The translations under genes were made by a program, and so were the position numbers. A stretch of DNA of 64,000 nt from Camelus dromedarius (Eukaryota). Numbering within the stretch: position 1 is the stretch's first letter; each line of letters begins with the position of its first letter. Positions 26,611-40,238 of the stretch are shown here, piece after piece. Location: assembly GCF_036321535.1 (NCBI RefSeq), contig NC_087437.1, forward strand, positions 41,480,001-41,544,000. Direction: 5' to 3'. Under the pieces are notes generated by a model that did no database searches, was not told the origin of the DNA, and saw only the letters and a list, made by a program, of their open reading frames with translations.

Positions 26611-26879
26611 GGGGAGGAGACAGAATTCTCAGTCAGAATCCCAATCAGAAATAGATGGTAGGTTTAAAGGATTTAATGGAAGAGGAGAAAAGAAAGAAGA
26701 ACTCAAGCACTATCACCAATGGGTTAATATCCCTAGACCTAAAAGGACAAGGATAAGAAATGGTGTTCCCAGGGTCTCCATGACAGTTAGAGTCCTGGAA
26801 GAGGGGCCACACAACAGGATCTGTGGCTCGGCCCCTGCTGAGGTTGTGACCAGGTTCTGGAGGAATGGACAGCAGAGGA

Positions 26880-27355
26880 GGTCTTAGTGAGAGGCTCTAG
26901 AAGCAGACCTTGAGGCAAGAACTCATGTGTAACTGCATTATTGGGGAAGTGCTCTCTGGAGACACTTGTAAGAGAATAAAGGAACCAGGACAGGGAAGGG
27001 GAGAAAGCTTTGCAAGAGTGCAGATTCAAGCAGAGTCCCAGCCCTAACCTAACTCCACACATTTTTCTAGAGTAAGATCATACCCCAGAGTTGTCACACC
27101 CAGGGTTTGTCCCACCTCTAGCAAGAGAACGGGACTTTCATCCTCTTTCACTAGCCATTGACTAATATCCTGGGGACACGAACTCCTAGACACTCCCAGC
27201 TTTCTACTTACCCAGGATGACTTAGCTCTGCTGGCCCAAAGGTAGTTTTCTGAAGAAAGTTAGAGCTGTCAGCCAACAGAAGCAAAAGACACAGAAGTGG
27301 AAATGGACACACAGAAACAGGCATCCTGACATAGCACCAATAGTGCCCACCACAG
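26880..27355 (-). mobile_element. ERVL-class solo LTR (LTR16/LTR33-like)
   Basis: gtcttagtgagaggctctagaagcagaccttgaggcaagaactc...ggggaagtgctc...ggacagggaaggggagaaagc. Confidence 0.6.
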
Positions 27356-28899
27356 GGGAGGAAGGAAATAAATACCCGCACCACGTTCCCCATGGATCTC
27401 CCAGTGACCGTGCCCAACTAGGAGCGGGAGGGTAAGGGCTCCCAGGTGCTGCAGCCCTTAGGCATAGAGTAGGCACTGGGGGGTGGAAAATGGATTTGGA
27501 GAGTAAAGGAGGAATTATTAGGGTAGGAGGGAATTCGTACATATATCTATTTGGTTCTTGAGTTCACATAGTGATAGTTCAGAAAGCAAAAGATAACTAT
27601 ATGTGTGTGTATATGTATGTAACCGACATTACTGTACTAATAACCGTAATGTAACAGCACAGACTATGCCACTAATTCTATTTCTGTGACTGCAGAGGAG
27701 TTTCTTTGGGTCTAATTTCCCATCCATAAAGTTTTTTTAAAATACATGTTTCCTGTCTCCAGCAGGCAACAGTTACCGCAAAGAACATGCCAAGTGACTG
27801 GGATGAAAAGAACTACTTCTGAAATTTGCTTGACACTTGAAGATGTCTCATTCTTTTTTGCATGTTCAAGTTCCAGGCACTGATGAGCTAGACATTAAAA
27901 GGTATTCTGATACTATCTTTAAGGAATTTAGATCCTAAAAAGGCATTGACTCTTGTGATCTTGAGACGTCCTAAATTAAATCATTGTTGCCTGCTTTTTT
28001 TTTTTTTTTTAAAAAAAAGCATTTTGCATGTATTTAATTTCCTCTGTGATATTTGGCACTAACTCTGGCAAAATAGAACTATTGGTAAAAGCCAAGTTTC
28101 CAAAGACCTGTGATGGGCAGTAAGTTTGCACTGGGAGGAGATGGGCCAGGTATCAAGTTTTGGGTGATGCGATGATCATACCTATGCACTGGGGTGCAAA
28201 GATCATGTACTGTACACTCCAGGGGATGCCATTCCCACTATTGATGTAACTTGCTCAAGCTCCCCCTTAAATCCACTGCCAGTATATCTAAAATCAGGAC
28301 CCTTTATAAGCGGGTTTCCATACACATGCTCGTATAGGCTTACATGGGCCCAATGCAGTGTTGTGCTTGACAGGATCCCTTTTGTTTGTTTGTTTTTTTT
28401 TGGTGCCAGTAACTGAAAACTTAATTCAGATTAGTTTAGGCATAAATGGGAACTTATTCATTCTACAAATACACTGGGGAAATGACAGAGGAACTGCTAG
28501 GACTTGGTGGTGTTTCGACCTGGACTTTTTCTCCAACCATTTTTTCTGTTTCAGTCTCTACACTGGATTCATCTTCTCTGACAGCCTTTCTCCTATTGCA
28601 AGGAGGTGCAGCCCGGCTCCCATCTCTCTGCTTTATCACTACCAAGGGGCTGAAGCTCACCTTGTCTGGTGTCAAGTGAAAAACAACCCAGAGAGGGGCT
28701 CGACTCACCTGACTAGGTCAGGTGTCCACCCCAAGACCAAACGACTACAGCCAAGGAGATAGGCTACTTTGACTGAGCTTTTGGGGGCCACCCTTTTGCC
28801 AATCAGTAGGGTCAGGCGTGGGCACTGTGAGAAAAGAACTGCTCCCTTTGAACCTTATGGTTAGAGTCAGAGAGGGGAACACAGAAGAGGCTGATGCTC

Positions 28900-29330
28900 A
28901 GGTGCACACTCTGCAAAGTGGATGTGATGGTCTTTGTTTTAAAGATGAGACAGCTGAGTCTCAGAGAGGTCAAGGGACTCATTTGGCTACAGAGATAATA
29001 AGTGGCAAGGCTGTGATTGATGAGAGGCAATATATTATAGGGATTAAGAGGTCATACCTTAGAACCAAATACATTGGAGTTCCAAATCCCAGCTCTGCTA
29101 TTATCAGTGTTGTTTGGGATTAATTACTTTTCTTCTCTGCCTCTTATTTCCCAGCTTAAATATGGTCATGTTTATGGTACCTCCCTCATTAAGGTAAGCA
29201 TGAGGATTAAGTAAGATAATATGTGAAAAGTGCTTAGCACAGTGCTAGGTATAAATGTAAGGGATCCTTAAAATTTACCATTATTATTGGCTAGGATTTG
29301 AACCTAAGTATGTCTGTTTCAAAACAGTAC
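28900..29330. mobile_element. MIR (+, ~29020-29288) nested inside a MIR (-)
   Basis: Outer core agatgagacagctgagtctcagagaggtcaag resumes at ggctaggatttgaacctaag; inner element has gttccaaatcccagctctgcta...gaggattaagtaagataatatgtgaaaagtgcttagcacagtg. Confidence 0.75.
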
Positions 29331-30132
29331 CTACATGATTTGTGAGTCTCAGATAAATCACTGCAGTTACTTTGGTCTGTTCTTAGACTCAGTAACTTTG
29401 GGATTTTTATACATGGTCCACAGGCAAATGAAGTGAAGTCATGAAGCCAATCTTCATCACCACTGAGCAGTGAGACCACTACCAGTCACTAAACGGGCTT
29501 GAGCCATGGACTAGAAACTGAAACCATGCCTCAGAAGTCAAGAATTCCAGCCAGCTCCCGTTACTGGAGGACATTCTGTCCATTTACCCAAAGAACTAAT
29601 GTGGCCTCCCAACTCAGGGGCTGACATCACCTGTGCTCCCCAGCTGGTCTCAGGCAACCATGGCCAGTCACTCACTCACTCACTCACTCATCAAATGTCT
29701 ATTGAGCATTTACTATGTGCAGACTCTGAGCTCTGCATGGTGTTAGATATTTATACATCAGAAGAGTCTTCTGCTAGTGGGGAGGCTAGAAGGGTATTGA
29801 GTTCTTAGATGGAGGAGCAGTGAGGGAGGAAACCTAAACATCTATATTATCTGACAAGAGTCTCCTTGAAACCAAGCTTGAGGAAATTTGAAAACGTTTT
29901 TCAAGAGAAGAAATTATAAATGGAAATTAAAGGTAGTCTCCATTGTTACTAACTCATGGCATATAAAATATCAATGATTTCCTCTTAAAAGCACAAAATG
30001 TACTTTTTTGCATTGGACACAACTCCCGTGAGCAAATTACCAAGAGAATATTTCTGGCAAAACAGATGATACTAAAAGTATTCTTGTGAAAGATCCCTCA
30101 GCTTGATAACCTGTGAAGAATGCCCATTCTTC

Positions 30133-30278
30133 TTTTTTTTTTTTTTTTTTTTTTTTTGATGAGGGGAGGCAGTTAGGTTTATTTATTTGTTTATTCCTAG
30201 AGGAGGTACTGGGGATTGAACCCAGAACCCCATGCATGTTAGGCTTGCGCTCTACCACTTGAGTTCTACCCTCCCCCC
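30133..30278 (-). mobile_element. tRNA-derived SINE (camelid vic-1-like), full length with poly(A) and TSD
   Basis: Minus strand GGGGAGGGTAGAACTCAAGTGGTAGAGCGC...GGGTTCAATCCCCAGTACCTCC and a 25-nt poly(A); TSD TGCCCATT(C/A)TTCTT at 30121-30134 and 30279-30292. Confidence 0.9.
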
Positions 30279-30944
30279 TGCCCATTATTCTTAATCACAG
30301 TTTATTGATAGGTATTCATTAATTATAATATTTTGTAGTTCTGTGGATCCTTTCATCCCTAATTTTCAAAGTGCTTTACAACTAGTAATTAATTTCTCCA
30401 ACATCTTAGGGACAAATTTAAAGTCAACTTTCAGCAAAACTTGCATCGATGCTCAGAATAACTTACTCAGCAATTTTAGACCCAGACCATCTTTTTTGTT
30501 GTCTGAAATCTTGGAATGAGGAGCAGCCGGTTCCCAAATTGTACCCAGAGGGGAACCCAACAGAAGGAAACTCTTGATGTGCTGTCAAAGGAAGAAATTT
30601 AGGGTGTGGGAAAGGCCTTAATTGGTGGTGGCATCTGTAGCTGGCGTGACCTATTGGGTAAAGCAGAACCCACGTGGAGTTGCAGAAAAAAGTTCCCTGG
30701 TCTCACTAAAACGCCTGATGTCAGCTTTCCTAAGAGGAGAGAGGTATACAGTGACCCAACTCCACCCAAGGGTGCAGGTGAAGAGGTGGTCTGATGGGGT
30801 GGGGGAACCCTGGCACAGAGCCCAGGGATGGGGCTGCCGGTACTGGCTCTGCCTCTGCTTGGCTGTGTGACCTGGAGTGAGTCACTTCACCTCTCTGAGC
30901 CTTTATGTCTTCATCCACAAAATTAGTTTGGACTAGTTTGGAGC

Positions 30945-31145
30945 CACATGTTACAAATGAGCAGCCTGTATGACAATGTTGGCTGGTAGCCCTGTTTACT
31001 TTGGCCTACATAGTATTTTTTTAAATGCATGTATTTCCAGTTTGCCTCAGCCCCACCATTCCCTATTACCTGACACCCAGTCTTCCTCACTCATTTCTGT
31101 CACTTTCCTGGCCTCGGTGGCAATCCCTGCATGTGATGACCTCTG
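30945..31145. mobile_element. MER102-like hAT element
   Basis: ttccagtttgcctcagccccaccattccctattacc...cactcatttctgtcactttcctggcc resembles the recalled MER102 consensus. Confidence 0.6.
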
Positions 31146-32284
31146 ATGCTGCTTCCAACCCTGGTACCCAGAGAGGCTAGGTCCTACCAGGATGCTAAGC
31201 CTCAGCATTCCGATAGGAGAGTTACTGAGCTCTGAAGATTTGGGGTGCTTTTCCAGACTCTTCCATCTGTGAGCTGATGATGTAAGCTAGGTCTTCCTGT
31301 GAACCCCTGACAGCCACCGTCCCCAGGGCAGTCACAGAATTAGCCTTATCTATCTCTTGTACACACAGCAAGTGATGGCACACAGCTGAGGTCCCTGATT
31401 TATTTTCTGATTCTGTCTCAACTCTTAAAGGCCAGTGAAGCGAAGTCATCCACAGGGTAAGAATTTCTTGTCAGGAGCAAGGTTTGAAGTGATGATGGGG
31501 AAAAATGGGGTGGGAAAGAGAAGGTAAATGCTACGGGAGAGTTTTCCCCCAAAACTTAAGTTAAGAGAGGAGTCTTAAAGGCAGTCCGTTCTTTTCCAGG
31601 ACTATCCTCTGTAGATCCCCCAATTTCTTGGCCCTTTCAGTAGCTCGAGCTCTTGCTGAGCGCTTTCCTAGTGGAGTGGATTTCACTGAGCTTTCCCTTT
31701 CTGCAGGGGAATTTGTGTTGACCCAAGGGTACACAGCTGCCGTGGGCCTCCGGGACACAGGCTCTCTGTACAATGCAACCCTATATTGTAGAAACTTCCC
31801 AACACATGTCCGCACACAGGAGTTCTGTCATTAACACAGTGTTGGTCATGGGATGGAATGCATGAAGGGTGGGCAAAACAGCTTCCTTCTCCAAAGCTTT
31901 CTTTTTATAAGCTTGCCCCTCCCCCCAACAACTTGGAATTTTCTTTTGTAGCTGAAAAAACATGTTTTTCTTAAATGCCACCCAGGCAGTTTTGTATCTT
32001 AAAAGATCTGTTGGCCAAACAGATTAGTGAGACAAGAGTCAAAAAGGACCCAAGTGCAGTTTAAAATCAAGAAACTGATTCCATGAGCCGTGTAATAGTT
32101 TTGGTTAGCATTCAACTTTCCTTTCTTAAATGGTTCATTTTCTTCCTGATCATAAAAGTCAAGTGCACAAAACACACACTGTTGAAAACAGAAGGAGTAA
32201 ATAATCCCCCATAACATCATGACCCAAAGATTACATTTCAGCACATTTTTCTGGAGGCTTTTTTCTGTGCATAGTAATCTTTTC

Positions 32285-33450
32285 TTAAATTGAGGTATAA
32301 TTGGCATATAACATTATATTAGTTTCAGGTGTACAACATAATGATTCAATAATTGTACATATTGCAAAATGACCACCACAATAACTCTAGTTAACATTCA
32401 CCATCATATATGGTTACAAAGTTTTTTTCTTGTGATGAGGACTTTGAAGATCTACTCTCTTAGCAACTTTCAAATACACAACATAGTATTGTTAACTGTA
32501 GTCACCATGCTGTATGACGTCCCTGTGACTTATTTATTTTATAACTGGAAGTTTGTACCTTTTGATGCCCTTCACCCACTTTGCCCACTCCCCACCTCTG
32601 GCAACCACCAATCTGTTTTCTGTATCTGTGAGTTTGGTTCTTTGTTGGTGGCAGTGATGGTGGTGGGTTTTTCTTTTTTCTTTCTCTTTTTTTAGATTTC
32701 ACATACAAGTAAGATCATACAGTATTTGTTTTTCTCTTGTCTGACTCTTTGACTTAGCATAATGCCCTCCAAGTCCATCCATGTTGCTGCATATGGCAAG
32801 ATTTCATTCTCTTTTCATGGTTTAATGGTATTCCTTGTGTATATATACCACATCTTCTTTATCCATTCATCATCAAGGGACAGCCAGATGTTGGCTATTG
32901 AAATTATGCTGCAACAAACATTTGAGTGCATATACCTTTTCAAAGTAGTATTTGCATTTTCTTTGGATAAATACCCAGAAGTGGAATTGCTGGGTCACAT
33001 GGTAGCTTTATTTTTAATTTTTTGAGGAACCCCTATACCATTTTCCACAGTGGCTGCACCAGTTTACATTGCAGCCAACAGTGCACAAGGTTCCCTCTTC
33101 TCTGCATCTTCCCCAACATTTGGTATCTCTTGTCTTTTGATAATTTGCCATTCTGACAGGTGTGAGGTGATAGTTCATTGTGGTTTTGATTTGCATTTTC
33201 TTGATGATTAGAGATGCTGAGCATCTTTTCATGTACCTGCTGGCCATCTGTATGTCTTCTTAGGAACAGTGTCTACTCAGATCTGCTCATTTTAAAATCA
33301 GATTGTTTTTTGTTTTTTGCAATTTATGAGTTCTTTATATATTTTGGATATTAACCCCTTATCAGATATGTGATTTGAAAATATTTTCTTCCATTTGATA
33401 GGTTGCCTTTTCATTCTGTTGATGGTTTCCTTTGCTGTGCAGAAGCTTTT
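32285..33450 (-). mobile_element. 5'-truncated LINE-1 (L1MA-like)
   Basis: Minus [37 protein letters not shown] is the ORF2 C-terminus; 3' UTR ends near 32285. Confidence 0.93.
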
Positions 33451-36309
33451 AGAAATATCTTTTTAAATGTAGCTGAGATCACACTAGTCTCATATCTTAA
33501 AGTCACATTTTCCTTTTCAGGACATTATGAAATCTCTCCCAGGAAAGATAGAAGGCTTATGTCATTTAATTTATTTGTAATAAGATTTTCAATGGTTTAG
33601 GAGAGATGGGAACATTTGTCCAGAACCACTGAATTTTAGCCATCAAAAGAGGAGATTCAATACTTCCTGAAAAATGCCACAGGGTATAGTTTTATTGGAC
33701 TTAAGCTATGGAACCAAAGTCTCAAATTCTTATGCACATACATCTTAGCTAGGACTGCTAGTGGTCTGTTCAGATTCACCATTAATAACAATACTTGGGA
33801 GAATAACTCTATTTTCCATTCCTATTATTATTTCCTAACAATCTTCTGCGATTTGACTTAGAAACGCTAGATTTTTAAAGCAGTCTTGGGAGCAGTCCTA
33901 AAATACCCCCACATCCCAAGGATTTTTGCCCTGGGACTATAAACAAGTGGTCTTTATGGGGAAGGGGGAGAACACAGAAGGGAAGGAGGAGCTAATCAGT
34001 GTTTTTAGTGTGAAAAATAGGATAAAAAGTTTATGCTAAATGACCATGTATTCAGCCTTGAGCTTTAAACAGATTGCATAGCCCCATCTAGAAAACATGA
34101 GCTTCAGTAAGAGAATCTGTCTCCCCTGTTATATCCATCTGCATGGTGGAGAGACCGCAAGGTGGAGGAGATGAGGAATTGGACAAGAGGGAGGAGCAGC
34201 AGGGCTCAGGGTGACGGGTCTGGCTCTAATCCAGCCTGGCCAGTCCCAGATTCAGGGCGTGGAGACCCTTGATGCTGCCACACATGGCAGTTCTACAGGG
34301 TGCGATGTGTTCAGGGCTCTTGGCCCCTGATTAAAATGTTTACCAGAACTACTGATGCACATTTGATGACTGATGCACTGATGACTGCCTTTCCACAGAG
34401 TAGTCACAGACAACTGTACAACAACCGCTGTATGGACAACAACTGCTTGGTTGACCCCCTCAGCAGTTTAGGGTGGAGGCAGGAGGCAGGAAAGGAAGCA
34501 AAAGGAACAGTAAGCACAATTATGCGAACTTCCCCAAACAACCCAGGTAAATGGCATGTTTCAAAATGCTAGCACTTAATTTATTCAGGCTTTGGGAAAC
34601 AAGCCATTTGTCTGAAAACTGGCTGTTTCGTGGATGGACACAGTGCTTTAAGGGCATTGATGCTTAAGAGCTTGCTGAAATCTGTACCAAACACATCCCA
34701 CACAGTAAGGAGAGGACTGAGAGAAGGCAAGGGACCTCTTGTCCGCTCCTCAGATGCCCCTCCCCTTCCCCAGAGTGGGGCGGCTGCTGCCCCCGCCGCT
34801 CTGGTTTCAGTTGCCAAGTCTGAGTGAGGCAGAAAGCCCACCGCCGGCCTCCTGAGGATTTCTTGCTGCCTGGCTGGCTCCTTTGGTGTCACTTGTGGTT
34901 GGAATGGGATGGAGCCAAGGTCTCCCTGCCTCAGGGGTTTTGCCTTCTGCGAAGTCTGAGCAGCCCGCGCTCACCCGCAGCTCGCTTGATGCTAAGATCT
35001 GAGCACCCTGCTGTGTCCCTGCAACCCTGCAGGTGCTAATCCAGGGGTTCTCCTGGAAACTTCTTTCCCCCAAGACCTTATTTATTTAGAAAATTGAAAA
35101 TCTTTTTACTTGTCTTTTCTTATTACCAAAACTAAATCTGTTCATTGTTGAAAATTTGGGAAATAAAGATATGTACCAGGGGAGAAAAAAAAAAAAAAAG
35201 AAAAAAGAAAAACCCACACCCTTACTAGCGATAACTACTGTTAATACTTAATTACTATCCTTTTTACACATATTCATGTGTGAGTATGTATGTTTTTTGT
35301 TCATTACTTTGTAACCTGTATTTTTTACTTAATATAAGGCCATTAAATAGTTTTTCCCCACCATTAAATATTCATTCCTCTACAACGTTCCTTTTGGCTC
35401 CGCCAGAAGGCTGCCTCACAGTGGTCTGCCCAAGTGGAGGTTGAGGAGACAGGGCCCACTGCTCTCTATCTCTTATTTAGATTACGAAGTCTTTTCCAAG
35501 AAATGGCCATTGTTGAGTCAGAGAGAAGATGCGAGTCAAGTATCACACAGAACCAGAAGCCCAGAGCCGGCGAAAGGAGGGACTGCGTCTCTCACACTTG
35601 GATTTTCAGGAAAACGTAAGACCCATCAAAATCATGCCTGTCCTTGAAGAACACCAGACACTTTGCTTCTCTCCAGCCACAGACCCTCCCACTGGAAGGT
35701 ATGCCCAGGGACCTGGAATTACCTTTTTTGCTCTGGTTTTTGTTCAGTGCTTAATGCCCTGTTGCTGGTTCTCTATGACAGAGGGCCTGAAAAATTGCCC
35801 TTGGTCACTTTGTTCAGACCATGTGGAGGAAGGTCTTCAGTGAGCGAGGGTGTCAAGATGGAGCAGAGCAGCACACTATCTACATAGCTCATTTTGTCTG
35901 AGCAGAAAGTCTCTTTCCCAACTTCAGAATCAAGCCAGGCCAGCAACTGTAGCTGGGGACTTCCAAGGTTCCAGCAGTTGTCTCCCTGAAAGTCATTGCT
36001 GCTTTATTCTTACTTTGCTTAGCAAAAGAAACTGATAGGGCTTGGCTGACCATTATGCTGTTCAAGGTGAAGGTTAGCAACAAGACTTGTAATTTCGTTC
36101 TCCTATATTGCTACTCAAAGCACAGATATTATAGGAACAATCTGTTTCTACTGACACTGTTATCCTTGAAAACTTTGTGTTATAATCTGAGATAAAATGG
36201 ACACTATTTTGTTAGAAAAACAGCAGTAATAATATCATTGACTTTGATAGGAATGTTTAGATAAATAAGGGGTGAAAAATCTTTCAATTTTGTTTTTGTG
36301 GATCCAACA

Positions 36310-37225
36310 TTCATTCACTCACTTATTCATTCACTCAACAACCATGTATTAAGCTCTGCCACTGTATTGGGTGCTATCGGAAATGCAAAGATTATAAAAG
36401 GCAGAACTCTGTCCCCTTACTACCTAGTAGGGAGATAAAGCATGTTCACAAGGAGGCATAAATTATAATTTAATCAGTGCCATAAGAGAAGTAAAGATTA
36501 ATTCTATGAGTTCAAGAAAAGGAAGGGAGATTTTAAGTAATGTGTAGAAATAGCAGCTCAATATGTTGTGAACTTGAAACTAACAGTGTGGTAGGTCAAT
36601 TACACTACAGTTAAAAAATTTTTAAATGTAAAAAGACAAATTTCTAACTTAATTCTATAGGGAATTCAATGAATTACTCCAAATGTTTTTTTTTTTTAAA
36701 GAAGAGGAAGGAAGTTGGAAGAATGAAGGAAGACTTCACGGAGGCGATGACATTTGAGCTGGACCTTAACAGATTTGTGGGAATGAGTGGGAAGCAATAC
36801 CAGGCAGGGGGAGCAACAGAAGCAAAGGCACAGAGGTGAGAAAGTGTGAGTCTGTTGCAAACAGTGAGTAGTTTTGCACGACTTGGGCACAGGACACATA
36901 AAGGGAAGGACACGTAGGAAATAAGATTAAAAATAAAAGTCCAATGCGTATTTTGGAGGTTCTTGAATATCGAGTTAAGGAATTTATTGTATTCCAAAAG
37001 CCCCATGACATCATCAGAGCAGAGAGATCATGCAGTATCTGAGGGCGACCCGGACTAGAAGGCAGGGAGGGATGAGAGGTGAGGTTACTGGGAGGCACGG
37101 CCACAGTGCAGGCAGGCGTTAACGGGACCTGAGCCAGACAAACTAGGAGGCAGAGGCAGCATTCATGGAGCTCAGCAGCTGACTGGATGTGGGGGTGGAG
37201 CCAAGAAAGATGCCAATCGCATTCT
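36310..37225 (-). mobile_element. LINE-2 3' region
   Basis: cattcattcactcacttattcattcactcaacaaccatgtattaag tail; gacttcacggaggcgatgacatttgagctggacctta. Confidence 0.8.
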
Positions 37226-37231
37226 CCAGGT

Positions 37232-37414
37232 CAGTGGTTCTCAAGCTTTAGCACATCAGAATCACCTGGAGGGTTTGTGAAAATGCAGATTGTGGGCCCC
37301 ACCCTCAGAATTTCTGACTCAAGTCTGGAGTGGGGTCCCCGAAACTGCATTCCTACCAAGTTCCCAGGAGACACTGATGTTGTTGGTCCAAGGACCACAC
37401 TTTGAGAATTGCTG
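37232..37414. mobile_element. MER5A (hAT-Charlie MITE), full length
   Basis: TIRs cagtggttctcaa / ttgagaattgctg; 8-bp TSD ctccaggt (37224-37231) / ctccagat (37415-37422); internal catcagaatcacctggaggg. Confidence 0.92.
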
Positions 37415-40024
37415 CTCCAGATCCTCTGTGGCTCACTTCTGTGACTCTGGGGAAGCAATTGCAAAGGGACAAAGGATGCAGGTGGGGCAACAGAGTCAGT
37501 ACAAGTGAATTAGGAGACTTTTCTTGTCCTTTGAACCTACAGAGTCCCAGATGTCTGGAGCACAGGGCTCAGTTAGAGATGTTTCCTGTACACAAAGACA
37601 TTTGGACGATCCTATAAGCTGGAGCACCAAAGGACACTAACTCAGGGCGCAGGCATTCTGTTTCTTTTTGAAAGTGTACAGGTTCTAATCTTGTGGGGAG
37701 GCATCTTTATGATGTAACGGTAGAATTGACAGCCCTGGGTTCAAATCCTGAGCCTGCCCCTTGTGCCAATGACTAAACCTCTTGAAGTCTTGGTTCTTTT
37801 ACATTAAAATTGGGATAACAGTGCCCCGTGCGCAGTGCTGTGAGGAATGGATGTGGAATCCTACAGAAAGCACTTGGCACCATGCCCGGCACACTTTGGC
37901 TCCATGAATTTTGGTTTCCTCCCCACTCCAGTGCTTCAGGTGTGAGTGAAGTGAGTATAGCCTGTGGTGACAGCCTTAGCAGTGCCTCTCGGTCAAACCT
38001 GAGGTCCCACAGTTACCCAGCCATGTCTTTGGATTAAGCCCCACTGTAGCTCTCTTTACAGATGCCAGCATGTTGAATCCCCAAAGGATATGGGAAAATT
38101 CATTTGTCAGGGGAATTTTGCCTGCTGGGAGAGCACTGAGAAAAGGGGTCTGAAATGGGATAGAGATGCAGAGGGAGGAGTTTCTGGAACAGAGCAGTTT
38201 TGTCTTTTTTGGAATTGCATTCAGGTCAGGCAGGCCTTGGCCAGGGCAGTGTCAGGGAGGGCCGTTTGAGGCTTTAATCCTAGTGGCTAGACTGTGTGAA
38301 CTTTAGAAGATTTTCAGAGTGCCCATGGTTAAAAAAAAAAATGAGCTGGTAAGCATTTTTTTTTTTCCCCTTTAACCAGATAAATCTGATGTCATAACAT
38401 CCCCTGACAGGAAAGTAGAAAGCAGACTTGGCGGTGAATCACAGAGGGAAGAGTGTCTGAGGCTGAGCTTGTGTCATGGGAACTTGGTGACAGACAAGGC
38501 CTTGAGCTCCCCGCCCCCATCCTAGGAGACAGGGTTTGGGAAACAGGCAGCCCTGTCATTTCAACCAGAGGCAGTGGGGATGGAGGAGGGGAGGGAGACT
38601 GGAGGGGATTGGAGGGTCACACAAGCTGTTCTCCTGCTCTGGGCTGATCAAACCAAACATACCAGGTCATAGGTTGGTAGGAAGGTTAGGACCCTTCTTA
38701 TCCATTTAGTGGGGCTGTAGGGAGGGGAAAGGGTGGGGGTTGCCCTAAATGACTCCCATGATTTCCACCCAACTTGCCATTTGATGATTCCATAAAAGGA
38801 GCTAACAAGCCCAACACTGCTCAATGTGCCACTTGATGGAGAGCCCACTGATTAGCAATAAAGAGAAGCATCAATCATTCAGGTCCGCCAGGTCCCTGGC
38901 TGTGAATCGGCACTTCTCATTTTTTAAAAGTTTATTTACTTTCCCCCAATTAGATCCAGTACAGATACAAAGGAATACTATGCACCTAAAATAAATAAAT
39001 ACTTAATGACAAGGAAAGGAAAAGCAGGTCACAAAAACAGTATAACCCTATTATTATCTTAAAACTAGAATGAAAAAGGACTGGAACTATATCTCAGGGG
39101 CTAATTCTGGTGGTCAAATTACAGATAATTTTTTTCCTTTTGGTTTATCTGAGTTTTTGAGATTACTTATAAATGAGCATGTATAACTTTTGAAGTAAGA
39201 AAAGGCAAAATAATTTAATTTAAAAATTTGTTCTAGAAAAACCCTCTTTCACTAAGTATGAGTATAAACTATAGATAATTTTATTACCTGCATTTAAGTA
39301 TTTTCCATGTTGTTAAAAACTTCATAATAATTATTACTAACAGCTGAGTGGCATTTCATCATATAAATATACCATATTTTTATCTCAGTCTCCAATTGTT
39401 GGCTATTTATATTATTTATAATTTTTTATTATTACAAATAATGCTGCAATCTTTTTAGCTCACTTAATTTTCCTTTAGATTTTATCTTACCTCCAATTGC
39501 CTTCACAGCATTGAATTTCCATATATTCTCACACCCACATAAACATTTTTCTTTCTCACTGTAAACCAATAAACTCAATGGTTTTTTTTTACAGCGGCTC
39601 TCCCTCATATTAAGACTTTCTTGTAAGACTGTTAGGCATTCAAATTGTCAGGACAGTTGTCAGTCACAGATGGGTGCCTTAGAGGTCATTCAGTCCCATG
39701 TCTGCGTACAGGGAGGGAGTGAAGCCGCTGAGAGGTGGAAGCAGTGGCCCAGGGGCACGTGGTGAATTAGTGACAGAGCTGGAAAAGCAACTCATGAATG
39801 TTTCACAAGGACTAGAAACTTTGGAGAATCATCAAACGCTAAACAGTGATAGGACAGAGATAGACAGAGAGAATGAAAACAGACTTAGTAGTAAGAGAGG
39901 GAAGGAGTAGCAGGATCTACAAGAGCCGGGGAAGGAGGCTTGATTGGGGAGGAGAAAGGAAACTGAGCCCAAGGACAACAAGGTCAAGAGAGAAAGAACA
40001 GTTAACATGTCAAGGCCCTTTATG

Positions 40025-40238
40025 CAGGGGTTTCTCAAGTTTGGCACTCGTGGCATTTGGGCCAGATGACCCTTTGCCTGGGAGGCTCTCCTGTGCGTCG
40101 TAGAATGTTTAGCAGCACCCTTTGCCTCTGCTGCAGGATCCTGTAGCAAACGGGGTCCCCAGCTGTGACTGCCAAAAAGTCTCCAGACATTGCCAAACGC
40201 CCCCTGAGGGCAAAATCACCCTGAGTTGAGAACCACGG
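40025..40238. mobile_element. MER20 (hAT-Charlie), full length
   Basis: caggggtttctcaa ... gtctccagacattgccaaacgcccc...gcaaaatcaccctgagttgagaaccacgg; flanked on both sides by ctttatg. Confidence 0.92.

Noticed and set aside
30190..30278. tRNA gene (also 7460-7532)
   Set aside because: The A/B boxes belong to SINE heads that carry a SINE-specific tail, A-rich end and TSDs.
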